From an uncultured Acidobacteriota bacterium (lineage in GTDB: Bacteria; Acidobacteriota; Thermoanaerobaculia; UBA5066; Gp7-AA6): a DNA stretch of 64,000 nt. Location of the stretch: NCBI GenBank assembly GCA_963723535.1, contig CAVRRE010000001.1:20765-84764 (forward strand). The letters are read 5' to 3'. Made by a program: the position numbers and the translations under genes. A model generated the notes under the pieces. The model was not told the origin of the DNA and did no database searches. It was given only the letters and a program-made list of their open reading frames with translations. Positions 42,154-52,675 of the stretch are shown piece by piece; the first letter of the stretch is position 1; each line of letters opens with the position of its first letter.

Positions 42154-42963
42154 GCGGCTTCGCCCTCCAGCTCCCGAATGGCCTGCCGCACCGCCCTCGC
42201 CCCGAGCTCGTAGGTGCCGTTGACGTAGCCGTAGAGAAGCGCCTTGTCGCAGACGGCGTTGATGAGCCGCGGCACGCCTCCGGAATACCTCTGGATGGTG
42301 CGAATCGCCCACGGCGAGAACGTCGGCCGTCCGTCGGCGCCGGCGACGCGCAGCCGGTGGACGATGTAGCGCTGGGTCTCGAACCGGTCGAGCGGGGCCA
42401 GGTGATAGCGCACGGTGATCCGCTGGCGGAGCTGCCGCAGCTCCTTGCGGTTGAGCTTTTCGCGAAGCTCGGGCTGGCCGATGAGCACGATCTGCAGAAG
42501 CTTGCGCTGGTCGGTCTCGAGGTTGGAAAGCAGGCGCACCTGCTCGAGCAGCTCGGGGTCGAGGTCCTGCGACTCGTCGATGAGGAGGACGACGTCGTGC
42601 CCGGCGGCGGCCTGCTTCCAGGAGGAAGCGGTTGAGGATCTCGAGGTAAGCCGACCGGTCGAGCTTCCGGGGCTCGAGGCCCAGCTCGGCCAGAATGGTC
42701 CGCATCAGCTGCGTCGCCGTGACCATCGGGTTCAGGATGAGCGCGGTCTTGTAGCTCGGCCCGAGCTCCGCGAGGATTGCGCGGCAGACGGTGGTCTTGC
42801 CGGCCCCGACCTCTCCGGTGATCTGGATGAAGCCCTTGCGTTCCCGGATCCCGAAGAGGACGTGGTTGAACGCCTCGCGATGTTTGTCGGAGAAAAAGAG
42901 GAACCGGGGGTCGGGCGTGATGTTGAACGGCGCCTCGCGGAAGCCGTAGAAGTCGTTGTACAC
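42150..42963 (-). CDS. ExeA/GspA-like AAA ATPase, frameshift near 42610
   Basis: MY.DFYGFREAPF.ITPDPRFLF, GEVGAGKTT, LIDESQ, LIGQPEL..L...LRQLRQRI and GGVPRLINAVCD. Confidence 0.88.
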
Positions 42964-43007
42964 CGCCCCGAAAGCTTACCGCCCTTCCGCGCGCGGCGCG
43001 CGGGCGG

Positions 43008-43813
43008 TCAGGAGGCCATCGCCAGCGGCCGGCAGTCGGCGCACGGGTGATAGCCGGCGGCGAGGGCCTCCTGGTCCGTGTGGAACGGGACCGTGTTCGA
43101 CTCCACGAGCGTCTCGATGCCCCCGCACGTCGGGTAGCAATAGTGCATTCCCTTCGAATTGCCGAGGTACCGCACTCTCGAAGTCGCGAGCCGGTCGAGG
43201 GTCTCCGGGTGGGCGCCCTCGATCTCCAGCAGCGTGCGCTTGTTCCGCGCGCCTCCGAGTGAGTACTTGCCGATCCTCCCGTCGCTTCGGACGACACGGT
43301 GGCACGGGATCAGAAGCGGCACCGGATTCTTCGCCAGCGCCGTGCCCGTCGCGCGCACCGCGTGGGGGTGCCCGATCTCCTTCGCGATCCAGCTGTACGG
43401 CCGGACTTCGCCCGTCGGGATCTCGAGCGCCTTGAGCAGCACCGCCCGCTCGAACTCGGAGAGCCCGCGCAGATCGAACCGCAGCTCGCGCCGGCCCTCG
43501 CCCTTGACGTTCCGCACCAGGGCGCGCACGGCCGCCGGAGGCACCGACTTCTCGGGATAGGCGCGCCGTCCCCAGCGCCGGGCGAACGCCCGCTCGAATT
43601 CCGCGCCGGCCTTCGCCCGCGTCACCATCGAGATGCCCGGCCTTGCTGTGCGCCACGAAGACGGGACCCAGCGGCGACTCGAGACGCCAGTACGCGTCGG
43701 CCAGGCCGACCCGCCGCAGCACCTCCGGCAGCAGCGTCTCGGGCGCCTTCGTACCGAGGGGATCGCCCGAAGGAGCCTTCGACACGGCCAGCGACTCTCT
43801 CACTCTTCGTCAC
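43008..43813 (-). CDS. ogt: Methylated-DNA-protein-cysteine methyltransferase with C-terminal Ada-type Zn domain, frameshifted
   Basis: FERAVL..ALEIP.GEVRPY..IA, NPVPLLIPCHRV; C-terminal YCYPTC...EALAAGYHPCADCRP. Confidence 0.88.
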
Positions 43814-44514
43814 AACCTCACCCCCTCCCGCCGAGACTCCGACAGAGCCTCGCGCAGGGCGTTGATTCCCCGATGCACGTTCGACTTGACCGTCCCGAGC
43901 GGCTGTCCGAGCACGGTCGCGACCTCCTCGAGACGCAGGCCTTCGACGTAGCGAAGCTGCAGCGCCGCCCGGTAGCGGTCCGGAAGGCCGGCCATCACGC
44001 CGGCGATATCCCTCCGCTCCCGCCTCTTCTCGTAGCGACGGTCGGGCCTCTTTTCCGGATCGTCCGGAGCCTCCCACGTCGCGTCGCTTCCCGGAGCGAT
44101 CGGATGATCCAGAGACACGGTCCGGAGCTTCTTGCCACGGAACCGATTTCTCGCCGTGTTCAGCGTGATCCGATAGAGCCAGGGCCGCAGGGCGAGGCCC
44201 CGGATGCGCTCGGCCGGATACGTCGCGAGCGCGCGGTAGGCCTTCACGAACGCGTCCTGGACGACCTCCTCCGCGTCTTCCCGCCGGGCCGTCAGCCGCA
44301 GCGCGTAGGAGTAGAGGCGGTCCTGGTAGGTGCGGACGAGCTCCTCGAAGGTCCCGTCGAGATCCTCGGCAATTCGTTCCCGGAGGCTTTCGTCGTGCGA
44401 CATCGACGTTCGCCCGCCCTTCCACTGCTCCGGCTGGCCCAGCACCAGCCGGAAACCCCCTCGCCCGGACGGCCACGCCGACATGCCGGCCTCGGGGATA
44501 CGTTCGCTCATCAT
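43810..44514 (-). CDS. ECF sigma-70 factor
   Basis: DAEEVVQDAFVKAY, WLYRITLNTARNR, LPDRYR and EVA..LG.PLGTVKSNVHRG. Confidence 0.93.
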   Translation of the reverse strand: MMSERIPEAGMSAWPSGRGGFRLVLGQPEQWKGGRTSMSHDESLRERIAEDLDGTFEELVRTYQDRLYSYALRLTARREDAEEVVQDAFVKAYRALATYPAERIRGLALRPWLYRITLNTARNRFRGKKLRTVSLDHPIAPGSDATWEAPDDPEKRPDRRYEKRRERRDIAGVMAGLPDRYRAALQLRYVEGLRLEEVATVLGQPLGTVKSNVHRGINALREALSESRREGVRL

Positions 44515-44569
44515 CGTGCCCTCCGCCGTTCATAGAAACACGGGCAAAGGGTCCGGGGTTGCAACGGCC

Positions 44570-45569
44570 TTACACCGGCGCCGCCTGGAGCCGCCGGGCG
44601 ATGGCGTCGGCGATCATGCCCGCGTGGTGGCGGCTGTTCTCGATGAAGATCCTCCCGACCTCCCGGCCGCCCAGGATCGCGCCGGCGAGATACAGCCCGG
44701 GGACGTTCGACTCGAGCGTTTCCGGCTCGTGGGCCGGGACCCGGTTCTCGCCCTCGAGCCGGATCCCGCAGCGCTCGAAGAGCGCGAAGTCGGGCTCGTA
44801 TCCGATGAGCGGAAAAACGGCGTCTGCCGCGATCCGCCTCTCGCCGTCCGGCGTGCCGATCCGGACGAAGTCGGGCCCGATCTCGAGGATCGACGACCGG
44901 AAAAACGCCCGGATCGCCCCGGCCGCGATGCGGTTCTCGAGGTCCGGCTTGATCCAGTACTTGACGCGCTCCGAGATCGCGGGCGCGCGGACCACCAGCG
45001 TGACGCGGGCGCCGTGGCGGTAGAGATCGAGGGCGGCCTCGGCCGCGGAGTTCTTCCCGCCCACGACGACCACGTCCCGATCGTGGAAGGGATATCCGGA
45101 CACGTAGCGCGCATGGACATGAGGCTGGGCTTCGCCGGGAACGCCGAGGCGTCGCGGATTCGGAAAGAAGCCCGTCGCGAGGATCGCCGCCGGCGCTTCC
45201 AGGCGCTCGGGGCCGCGCCGCCCGGCCGCGAAGACGACCACGCCGCCCCCCGGACGCGGCTCGACCCGCTCGACCGTCGTCTCCGGCCGCACGCGCACGC
45301 CGAACCGCTCGGCGACTCCGCGGTAGTAGGCCAGCGTCTCGAGGCGCGTCGGGTGGGCTTCCGGCGAGGCGAAGGGGACTCCGGCAATGTCGAGGAGGTC
45401 GCGCGTCGAGAACCAGCGCATCTCCTCGGGAAAGTGGTAGATCGAATCGAGCATCGCGCCGCGGTCCAGACAGACCGCGTCGATCCCTCGCCGGCCGAGC
45501 TCGATCGCGCAAGCGATCCCGGTCGGCCCGGCGCCGACCGACGATGACGGGCGCGTCCACGCCCGCCAT
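44570..45569 (-). CDS. ypdA: YpdA/Bdr-family FAD-dependent disulfide reductase, frameshifted near the N-terminus
   Basis: VGAGPTGIACA, SIYHFP..M.WFST...L.I, YY..VA, VVVGG.NSAAEAALDL and ETNVPG-like ESNVPGLYLAG. Confidence 0.8.
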
Positions 45570-45583
45570 TCTATCGGCGGGTA

Positions 45584-46532
45584 CTACAGCGACTGGATCC
45601 GCACCGAGCCTCCGCTCGTGTGCAGGCGGAGCGTGTTGCCGCCCTTGCCGAGAGTCCCCGTCAGGTGACCGCGCGAGATCTCGCCGCGCACCGCGAGGGG
45701 CAGGTCGGTCCGGACGGCGTTGCCCGTACGCCTCGATCGAGAGGTCGGCACCCGGATCGATCAGCACCTCGATGCCGCCGCCCGAGGTCGAGAGCGAGCC
45801 GCCGGACGAGTTGCCGCGGGTGAAGCTGGCCTCGATCCCGCCGCCCGAGGTATCGGCCTTGACGTGGCCGCCGGCCTCGACGATCCGGATCCCGCCACCC
45901 GACGTGTCCGCCTCGATGTCGCCGGTCACACGCTCGAGCTCGATCGAGCCGCCGGAGCTCTCGGCGCGGATCGGCCCCTCGATCTCGATCGCCTCGACGC
46001 CGCCGCCCGAGGTGTCCGCCGTGACGCGGCCCTTGATGTTCCGAAGGGAGATTCCGCCACCCGAGGTGTCGGCCGTGACGTCGCCGACGACGTCGGTGAT
46101 GCCGATGCCGCCGCCCGACGTGTCGGCGCGGACGGGGCCCTCGATGCGCGGAGATCGTGATTCCGCCGCCCGAGGTGTCGACCGAGACACGGGTCTGGGT
46201 GGGAACACGGACCTCGTACTGGACCTTGTCGCCCGAGCCCCAGAAAATGTCGAACTTGCGCTTCTTGGTGGCCGTGATCGAGACGAGGCCCGGGCTCTCG
46301 TCCCAGCGGAACGTCAGGAGCTCATCGAGGTCCTTGCGGCGTGAGGTGACGACGACGTGGACGTCCGGCTCGGAGGAGCCGACGAGGGTCACCTTCCCCA
46401 TGTCGGTGTCGAGGCGGAACTCCCCGCCGGGCGCGAGCTTGAGGGTCTTCTCGATGCGCATTTCCGCGAGGGCGGGCAGGGCGAAAGCGAGGGCGGCGGC
46501 AGCGGCCAGCGCCCGGAAAGTGTGGAATGCAT
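45584..46532 (-). CDS. DUF4097 beta-strand-repeat secreted protein, frameshifted
   Basis: About seven ADTSGGGI-type repeats; signal peptide. Confidence 0.85.
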
Positions 46533-46554
46533 GGATCCTCCCCCTGCATTCCAG

Positions 46555-46579
46555 TACGCAGGCCGCTGGGGGAGGTTCC
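46555..46579 (-). promoter_or_regulatory. Putative ECF-sigma promoter upstream of the DUF4097 gene
   Basis: GGAAC-N16-CGTA, then GGAGG RBS and ATG at 46532. Confidence 0.6.
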
Positions 46580-46656
46580 GGACTCTTGACACGGCCCCAA
46601 GTCCTCTCTCGAGTTAGCCGTACGTCCGGGACGGGGATTTCTGACCCGGGAGCCCG

Positions 46657-47208
46657 TCAGAAGCGCGAGATCCAGGCGGCGAACGCGGCGAGAAACGTCC
46701 GAAGGTGGCGGAGGGTGGCTTCGTGGGCGAGCCGGCCCTCGGCGTCGAATCGCTCCCCCGCACGGGCGATGAGGACATGCGGCTCCGGCATCACGTACAC
46801 CCCGCCGACCCCGTCGAGGGCCTGGCGCAGGGCGAGCTGCGCGCGGATGGTGGCTCCGTTCCCCGGCGTGGCGCCGATCATGCCGGCCGGCTTTCCCTTC
46901 AGAACCGACTGCCCGTCCGGACGGGAGGCCCAGTCGATCGCGTTCTTGAGCACTCCGGGAATGCTGTGGTTGTACTCCGGCGTGGCGATCAGCACGGCGT
47001 CGGACTCGGCGATCGCCCGCTTGAGGGCTACGACCGGAGGGGGGTCCCCGGCGCTCTCGACGTCTGCGTCGTAGGACGGGATCTCGGCCAGCCGCTCGAA
47101 AACCCGGATCTCGAGCTCCGCCGGCGCGAGCTCGATCGCGGCGCGCAGGAGAGCGCGGTTGTAGGAACCCTTGCGGAGGCTGCCGGCGATCCCGAGGACC
47201 CGGATCAC
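46657..47208 (-). CDS. NADPH-dependent FMN reductase
   Basis: GSLRKGSYNRALL and TPEYNHSIPGVLKNAIDWASR. Confidence 0.93.
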   Translation of the reverse strand: MIRVLGIAGSLRKGSYNRALLRAAIELAPAELEIRVFERLAEIPSYDADVESAGDPPPVVALKRAIAESDAVLIATPEYNHSIPGVLKNAIDWASRPDGQSVLKGKPAGMIGATPGNGATIRAQLALRQALDGVGGVYVMPEPHVLIARAGERFDAEGRLAHEATLRHLRTFLAAFAAWISRF

Positions 47209-47220
47209 CTCCCGAGCCTC

Positions 47221-48336
47221 TTAGGCGAGCGCCTGCTTGAGGGGTGTGTAGCCCTTGCCCTGGGCCTCGGCCACGGCGCGATAGGTGAGCTTGCCGCCGT
47301 AGGTGTTGACGCCCTCGGCGAGATGCGGGTTCTCCTCGGCGGCCCGCTTGACGCCCTTGTTGGCGAGCTCGAGGCCGTAGCGGAGGGTCGAGTTGGTCAG
47401 GGCAAACGTCGAGGTGCGGGCCACGGCCCCCGGCATGTTGGCGACGCAGTAGTGGATGACTCCGTCCACTTCGTAGACCGGGTCGGAGTGCGTCGTCGCC
47501 TTCGTCGTCTCGAAGCAGCCCCCCTGGTCCACCGCGACGTCGACCGCGACGGCGCCCTTCTTCATCTGCGAGATGAGCTGGCGCGTCACGAGCTTGGGCG
47601 CGGCGGCGCCCGGAATCAGGACCGCGCCGATCAGGAGGTCCGCGCGGCGGCAGCCCTCCTCGAGAGTGACGGGGTTGGAGGCGATCGTCTTGACCCGGCC
47701 GAGGAAGATGTCGTCGAGCTCGCGCATGCGATCGGGCGACATCTCGAGAATCGTGACGTCGGCGCCCATGCCGGCGGCTACCTTGGCCGCGTTCGTGCCC
47801 ACGACTCCCCCGCCGATGATCACGACGTCGGCCGGCGGCACGCCCGGCACGCCCGAGAGCAGAACGCCCCGGCCGCCGTTGGACTTCTGAAGGTAGTACG
47901 CCCCGACGTGAACGCTCATGCGGCCGGCGACCTCGGACATCGGCGTCAGGAGAGGCAGGGAACCGTTCGAGGCCGTGATCGTCTCGTAGGCCACACCCGC
48001 CACCTTGCGCTCGAGGAGCATGTCCGTCAGCGCCTTCGCCGGCGCCAGGTGCAGGTACGTGTAGAGGATCTGTCCTTCCCGCAGGCGCTGGTACTCGGGG
48101 CCGACGGGCTCCTTGACCTTGACGATCATGTCGGCCTTGGCGAAGACCTCGTCGGCCGTGCCGAGGATCTTGGCCCCGGCGCCGACGTACTGCTCGTCGG
48201 GGATGCCCGAGCCTGCGCCCGCGTCGTGCTCGACGTACACGGTGTGTCCCGCCGAGGTCAGGGCTTTCACGCCCGCCGGCACCATGCCGACGCGGTTCTC
48301 GTTGTCCTTGATCTCCCGGGGAAGCCCGACGATCAT
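47221..48336 (-). CDS. ald: Alanine dehydrogenase
   Basis: [46 protein letters not shown] and VANMPGAV. Confidence 0.97.
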   Translation of the reverse strand: MIVGLPREIKDNENRVGMVPAGVKALTSAGHTVYVEHDAGAGSGIPDEQYVGAGAKILGTADEVFAKADMIVKVKEPVGPEYQRLREGQILYTYLHLAPAKALTDMLLERKVAGVAYETITASNGSLPLLTPMSEVAGRMSVHVGAYYLQKSNGGRGVLLSGVPGVPPADVVIIGGGVVGTNAAKVAAGMGADVTILEMSPDRMRELDDIFLGRVKTIASNPVTLEEGCRRADLLIGAVLIPGAAAPKLVTRQLISQMKKGAVAVDVAVDQGGCFETTKATTHSDPVYEVDGVIHYCVANMPGAVARTSTFALTNSTLRYGLELANKGVKRAAEENPHLAEGVNTYGGKLTYRAVAEAQGKGYTPLKQALA

Positions 48337-48361
48337 GCCCGCTCCTCCGCTTCGCCGCCCT

Positions 48362-49867
48362 TCAGTGCGTGTCGATCTGCGCCTTCTGCAGCTTGCCCGA
48401 GAAGTCGACGTAGATCGACTTCCACTCCGTGAAGACGTCGAGGCCGGCGATGCCCGCCTCGCGGTGGCCGTTGCCCGTGTCCTTGATGCCGCCGAAGGGC
48501 AGGTGCACCTCGGCGCCGATGGTCGAGGAGTTCACGTAGAAGATGCCGGTCTCGAACTCGCGCATCGCGGTGAACGCCTTGTTGACGTCCTGCGTGTAGA
48601 TGGAGCCGGAGAGGCCGTAGGCGACCGAGTTCGCGACGCGGATCCCCTCCTCGAGCGAGCCGATGGGCACGACCGTCGTCACCGGCCCGAAGATCTCCTC
48701 GGCCGCGACCCGCATCTTCATGTCGGCATCGGCGAAGACGGTCGGTTCATGGAACCAGCCGCGGGACAGATCCCCCGACGGCGAGCTTCGCGCCTCCGGT
48801 GACGAGCCGGGCGCCTTCCGCCTTTCCGATCTCGACGTACTTCGCCACGGTCTCGCGCTGCTTTTCGGAGACGCACGGCCCCATGTCGACGTTCGGATCG
48901 AGGCCGTTGCCCACGCGGAGCGCCTTCGACCCGCGCCGCGAGCTTGTCCAGGAACTCCTTGTAGACCGCCTTGTGGACGAGAAGACGCGAGGACGCCGTG
49001 CAACGCTGGCCGGTCGTGCCAAAGGCGCCCCAGACCGAGCCGTCGACGGCGAGGTCCACGTCCGCATCCTCCATGACGAGGATCGCGTTCTTGCCGCCCA
49101 TCTCGAGATGCAGCCGCTTGAAGGTCGGCGCGCAGGCCTGCGAGATCCTCCGGCCGACCTCGGTCGAGCCCGTGTAGGAGACGACCTTGACGTCCGGATG
49201 CTGGACGAGCGGATCGCCGACCTCCCCGCCCGAGCCCATGACCACGTTGAAGACCCCCGGCGGCAGGCCCGCCTCCTCGAAGACGCGCGCGAGCGCGACG
49301 ACCGAGGCGGGTGTGTCCGTCGCCGGCTTGATGACGATCGTGTTGCCGGCGATGAGGGCCGCCATGGACTTCCACGCCGGGATCGCCATCGGGAAGTTCC
49401 AGGGCGTCACGAACGCGCAGACGCCGACGGGCTGGCGAATGCACATGGCGAACTTGTTCGGAAGCTCCGAGGGCGTCGTGAAGCCGAACAGGCGGCGCCC
49501 CTCGCCCGCGGCGAGGAAGGCCATGTCGATCGCTTCCTGAACGTCGCCCCGCGTCTCGGCGAGGACCTTGCCCATCTCGCGGGTCATCAGCCGCGCGAGC
49601 TTCTCCTTGTCGCGCTTCAGGATCTCGCCCGCGGCATAGAGCACCTCGGCGCGCCGGGGCGCCGGCGTGTTCTTCCAGCCCGGGGAAGGCCTTCTTCGCC
49701 GCCGCGACCGCGGCGTCGACGTCCTGCTTGCCGCTCTTGGGGAACAGACCGACGATGTCGTCGCGGTCAGCCGGGTTCCGGTTCTCGAACGTCTGCCCGG
49801 ACGAGGCCGGGATCCACTTCCCGCCGATCCAGTTCTGCTGCGTCTCGACTGCGACTTCGGTAGCCAT
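48362..49867 (-). CDS. Aldehyde dehydrogenase family protein, frameshifted
   Basis: [28 protein letters not shown] and EEIFGPV. Confidence 0.92.
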   Translation of the reverse strand: MATEVAVETQQNWIGGKWIPASSGQTFENRNPADRDDIVGLFPKSGKQDVDAAVAAAKKAFPGLEEHAGAPARRGALCRGRDPEARQGEARAADDPRDGQGPRRDAGRRSGSDRHGLPRRGRGAPPVRLHDALGASEQVRHVHSPARRRLRVRDALELPDGDPGVEVHGGPHRRQHDRHQAGDGHTRLGRRARARLRGGGPAAGGLQRGHGLGRGGRRSARPASGRQGRLLHGLDRGRPEDLAGLRADLQAAASRDGRQERDPRHGGCGRGPRRRRLGLGRLWHDRPALHGVLASSRPQGGLQGVPGQARGAGRRRSAWATASIRTSTWGRASPKSSARPWRSTSRSERRKAPGSSPEARSSPSGDLSRGWFHEPTVFADADMKMRVAAEEIFGPVTTVVPIGSLEEGIRVANSVAYGLSGSIYTQDVNKAFTAMREFETGIFYVNSSTIGAEVHLPFGGIKDTGNGHREAGIAGLDVFTEWKSIYVDFSGKLQKAQIDTH

Positions 49868-50323
49868 TTACTTCTCCTCTGCTCTCTCTACCTGCACCGG
49901 AGCGGCCGCTTTGGCGGGCGGCGTCGCGGACATCGCGACGCTGCCCTGAAGCTGCGCTCCCTCGGCGATGACGACCTTGGGAGCGTGCACGTTGCCTTCG
50001 ACGGAGGCCGAAGCCAGCAGCTCCGCCCGCTCCTCGGCCCGGATCTGCCCGTACACCCGGCCGCCGACGATCACCGAGCGGGCGTGCACGTCGCCTCGGA
50101 CCTCGCCGGACGCCGCAATCGTCACCTTCCGATCGACCTTCGCGTTCCCTTCGAGGCGCCCCTGGATGACGATGTCCTCGTCTCCCTGCAGCTCGCCGAC
50201 GAACCGCGCGTTCGGCCCGATGACCGTGGTCGAGACGGGTCCCGCCGCCGGGGCGGCCCCCGGTGCGCGGTCCCCCGCCGATACCTGTCCCTGTGTGTTG
50301 TCGGACTTGCCGAAGATGGCCAC
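49868..50323 (-). CDS. Bactofilin (polymer-forming cytoskeletal protein)
   Basis: TVIGP...F.GEL....I.G.LEG...V.G.V.A..V...G.V.G...A.......G beta-helix. Confidence 0.9.
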   Translation of the reverse strand: MAIFGKSDNTQGQVSAGDRAPGAAPAAGPVSTTVIGPNARFVGELQGDEDIVIQGRLEGNAKVDRKVTIAASGEVRGDVHARSVIVGGRVYGQIRAEERAELLASASVEGNVHAPKVVIAEGAQLQGSVAMSATPPAKAAAPVQVERAEEK

Positions 50324-50381
50324 CCACCCTCCGAGAGGCCGGCTAGTCTAACAAAAGGGGCCGGGACGGCCCCGCGAGGCG

Positions 50382-51369
50382 CTACTGCCTCGCCCGAACG
50401 ATCGGCCGCGCGACGTACCACTGATTCCCGAAAGCGTCGCGGATCGCGGCGGTGCGGTGGCCGTAGGGCTGGTCGGCCGGGGGCTGCATCGATTCGTCCG
50501 CCGGCGGCCAGCGCCCGCTCGTACGAGCGATCGACGTCGGCGACGTAGACGTAGAGCATGGCCGGAATCGCCGGGAACTCGCCGTGGGCCTCGCCGAGCT
50601 CGATCGCGGATCCCTGCAGCTTCATCACGGCGTGGCGAACGATGCCCGCAGGGTCGGCGTGGCGGCTGACCGTCTCGGCGCCGAAGGCCTTCTTCGCGAA
50701 GGCGAGCAGGCCGTCCACGCCGTGGATCTGAAGGAAGGGCGTCACGCTCCGGAGCCCCTCCGGCACGTGCGAGGGTCCCGCCTTGTGCGTCGCGATGTAC
50801 CAGGTGTTCCCGAAGGGGTCCTTCACGCCGGACTCGCGATCGCCGTAGAACTGGTCGGTCGGCGGGAAGACGGCGCTGGCTCCCTCCTCGACAGCGCGAC
50901 GGAACGTGGCGTCGACGTCGGGAACGTAGAAGTGGAGCGCCGCCGGGGTCTCGGGGAACGGCATGCCCGCGAACCCGCCCATCATGACGTGCGCATCGCC
51001 GATTCGGACCTCGGCGTGGAAGCCGCCGGCGTCGACCGCGCCCTTGTGAATCACCTCGGCGCCGAAGGCCCGCTGGACCCAGCCGAAGAGCTCCGGGGCT
51101 CGCTCGATCACGAGGTACGGGACGACGGAGGGCGAGCCGGGCGGCGCACTCTCGACCGGCGGTTCTTCGCCGGCCTCGCGCTTGCCGCTCACGAGGTCCG
51201 CCTTCAGGCGCGCGCGGAACTCTTCCCCGGGGAGGCCCAGCAGGTGCGCCGCGATGCTTGCGAGGTCGCGGACCTCCTCGCCCACGTCGGCAGGCATCGC
51301 CTGGCCGGCGACGATGGCCGACAGGGCGGCCTCCAGCTCGTCTACTTGTCGCCGTTCGCGCTCAGACAT
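50382..51369 (-). CDS. Tandem VOC/glyoxalase protein with N-terminal anti-sigma-like helices, frameshift near 50505
   Basis: Two VOC domains (HAEVRIGD..MM...P.DQFYGDR..GVKDPFGNTW; HA.M...GS.IELGEA). Confidence 0.8.
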
Positions 51370-51925
51370 GGGAGTCCCTCATGCGTTCCCGAAGCGTCTG
51401 CAGGGCGCGAAACTGGAGCTGCTTCACGGCGCCCTCCGAGCGCCCCAGGGCCTCGGCGACCTCGCGAATGCTCTTCTCCTGCGCGAACCGCAACTGGATG
51501 ACCCGGCGCTGATCCGCCGGCAGGACGGCGACGTTGCGAAAGACCTGAGCCCGCCGGTCCGCGTCCTCGATCGCGTCCTGCTGGGGCGGATCGGCCGGGG
51601 GCAGCTCCTTCTGTTTCGCCTCCCGTCGATAGTGGTCGGAGATGGCGTTGGATGCGATCCGGAAGAGCCAGGCGGCGAAGGGCACGCCTCGCCACTCGAA
51701 CTTCGGAAGGTTCTCGAGCGCCTGGTGGAACGTCTCGGCCGTGATGTCTTCGGCCTCGGCCCGGCTGCCGACCCGGCGGGAGACGTACGCATAGATTCGA
51801 TGGAAGTGGCCGTCGTAGAGCGCGGCGAAACGGGACGGATCGCGCTTCGCCTCTTCGATGAGGCGCCGCTCGGCTTCCCCGTCCGGTCGGTTCGCTGCAT
51901 GCGCGTCCGCGCGCGGATCCGCCAT
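51362..51925 (-). CDS. ECF sigma-70 factor
   Basis: FAALYD.HF.RIY, AEDITAETF, PFAAWLFRIASN and EVAEALGRSEGAVKQLQFRAL. Confidence 0.93.
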   Translation of the reverse strand: MADPRADAHAANRPDGEAERRLIEEAKRDPSRFAALYDGHFHRIYAYVSRRVGSRAEAEDITAETFHQALENLPKFEWRGVPFAAWLFRIASNAISDHYRREAKQKELPPADPPQQDAIEDADRRAQVFRNVAVLPADQRRVIQLRFAQEKSIREVAEALGRSEGAVKQLQFRALQTLRERMRDSHV

Positions 51926-51960
51926 GATCCGCAGGGTATAACCGCGACGCTAAGGAGAAG

Positions 51961-52419
51961 TTACGAGGCGGTCGCGGAGAACGGGGGCGGCGTCAGACCC
52001 TCGGGATGCCACGCTTCGTACCGCCGCTCGGCCGAAACCAGGAGATCTTCGAGCCGCTCGAGCATCTCGATCACGTGCGTGGGGCCTTCGACGACGCGAC
52101 AGGAGAACGTCACCGTGCCGCGCCCCCGATCGAGCGGGAACATGCGCGCCAGGCCGGCGTGGTCGCAGGCGGCCATATAGGCCGCCTGCCAACCCGCGCC
52201 GGGCCGACCGGTCAGCGAGACCGTGTAGCGGGTGTGCGTTCCGGCCGGCTCGCTCCGCAACGTGGCGTGATCGAGCCGCACCGGATCGGACGCCTGGCCG
52301 CTCACCGAGGTCGACATTCTTCCTGATCCCTCCGAGTACAGTTCAGGGGCAAGAGCGGGGCCAACCGCCCAGGTGCTTGATTCCATGAGACTTCGCGTCT
52401 CGCCCAGCTCTTCCGTCAC
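51961..52419 (-). CDS. Hypothetical protein
   Basis: ORF with coding-like composition; start uncertain (possibly 52317). Confidence 0.5.
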   Translation of the reverse strand: MTEELGETRSLMESSTWAVGPALAPELYSEGSGRMSTSVSGQASDPVRLDHATLRSEPAGTHTRYTVSLTGRPGAGWQAAYMAACDHAGLARMFPLDRGRGTVTFSCRVVEGPTHVIEMLERLEDLLVSAERRYEAWHPEGLTPPPFSATAS

Positions 52420-52467
52420 GGCGGAAGCGTTACCGGTCGTAACAGATCGCCTGTCCCTCCGAACAGG

Positions 52468-52675
52468 TCAATCGGAAGCCGCGGGCACGATCGGCACGAA
52501 GGCGTCGCACTCCCGCACGGGCTGCGGAGGGTAGAGCTTCAGGATCGGGCAGCGAATGAAGACCGAACGCTCGGTGCGGATGTAGCGCGGAGGCGCCGCG
52601 CAGCGATGGCAGAGGCTGCCGGGGAACGGCAGCCCCTTCGTTCTCGTCCTCCGCCTCGGGGTCCGGCGGGATCAC
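52468..52675 (-). CDS. Small Cys-rich hypothetical protein, frameshifted
   Basis: Reconstructed ...PFPGSLCHRCAAPPRYIRTERSVFIRCPILKLYPPQPVRECDAF...; GTG overlaps the M13 peptidase stop. Confidence 0.45.

Noticed and set aside
45584-46200. Regularly spaced repeats resembling a CRISPR array
   Set aside because: They are coding ADTSGGGI repeats of the DUF4097 protein. No CRISPR array or cas gene was found anywhere in the window.
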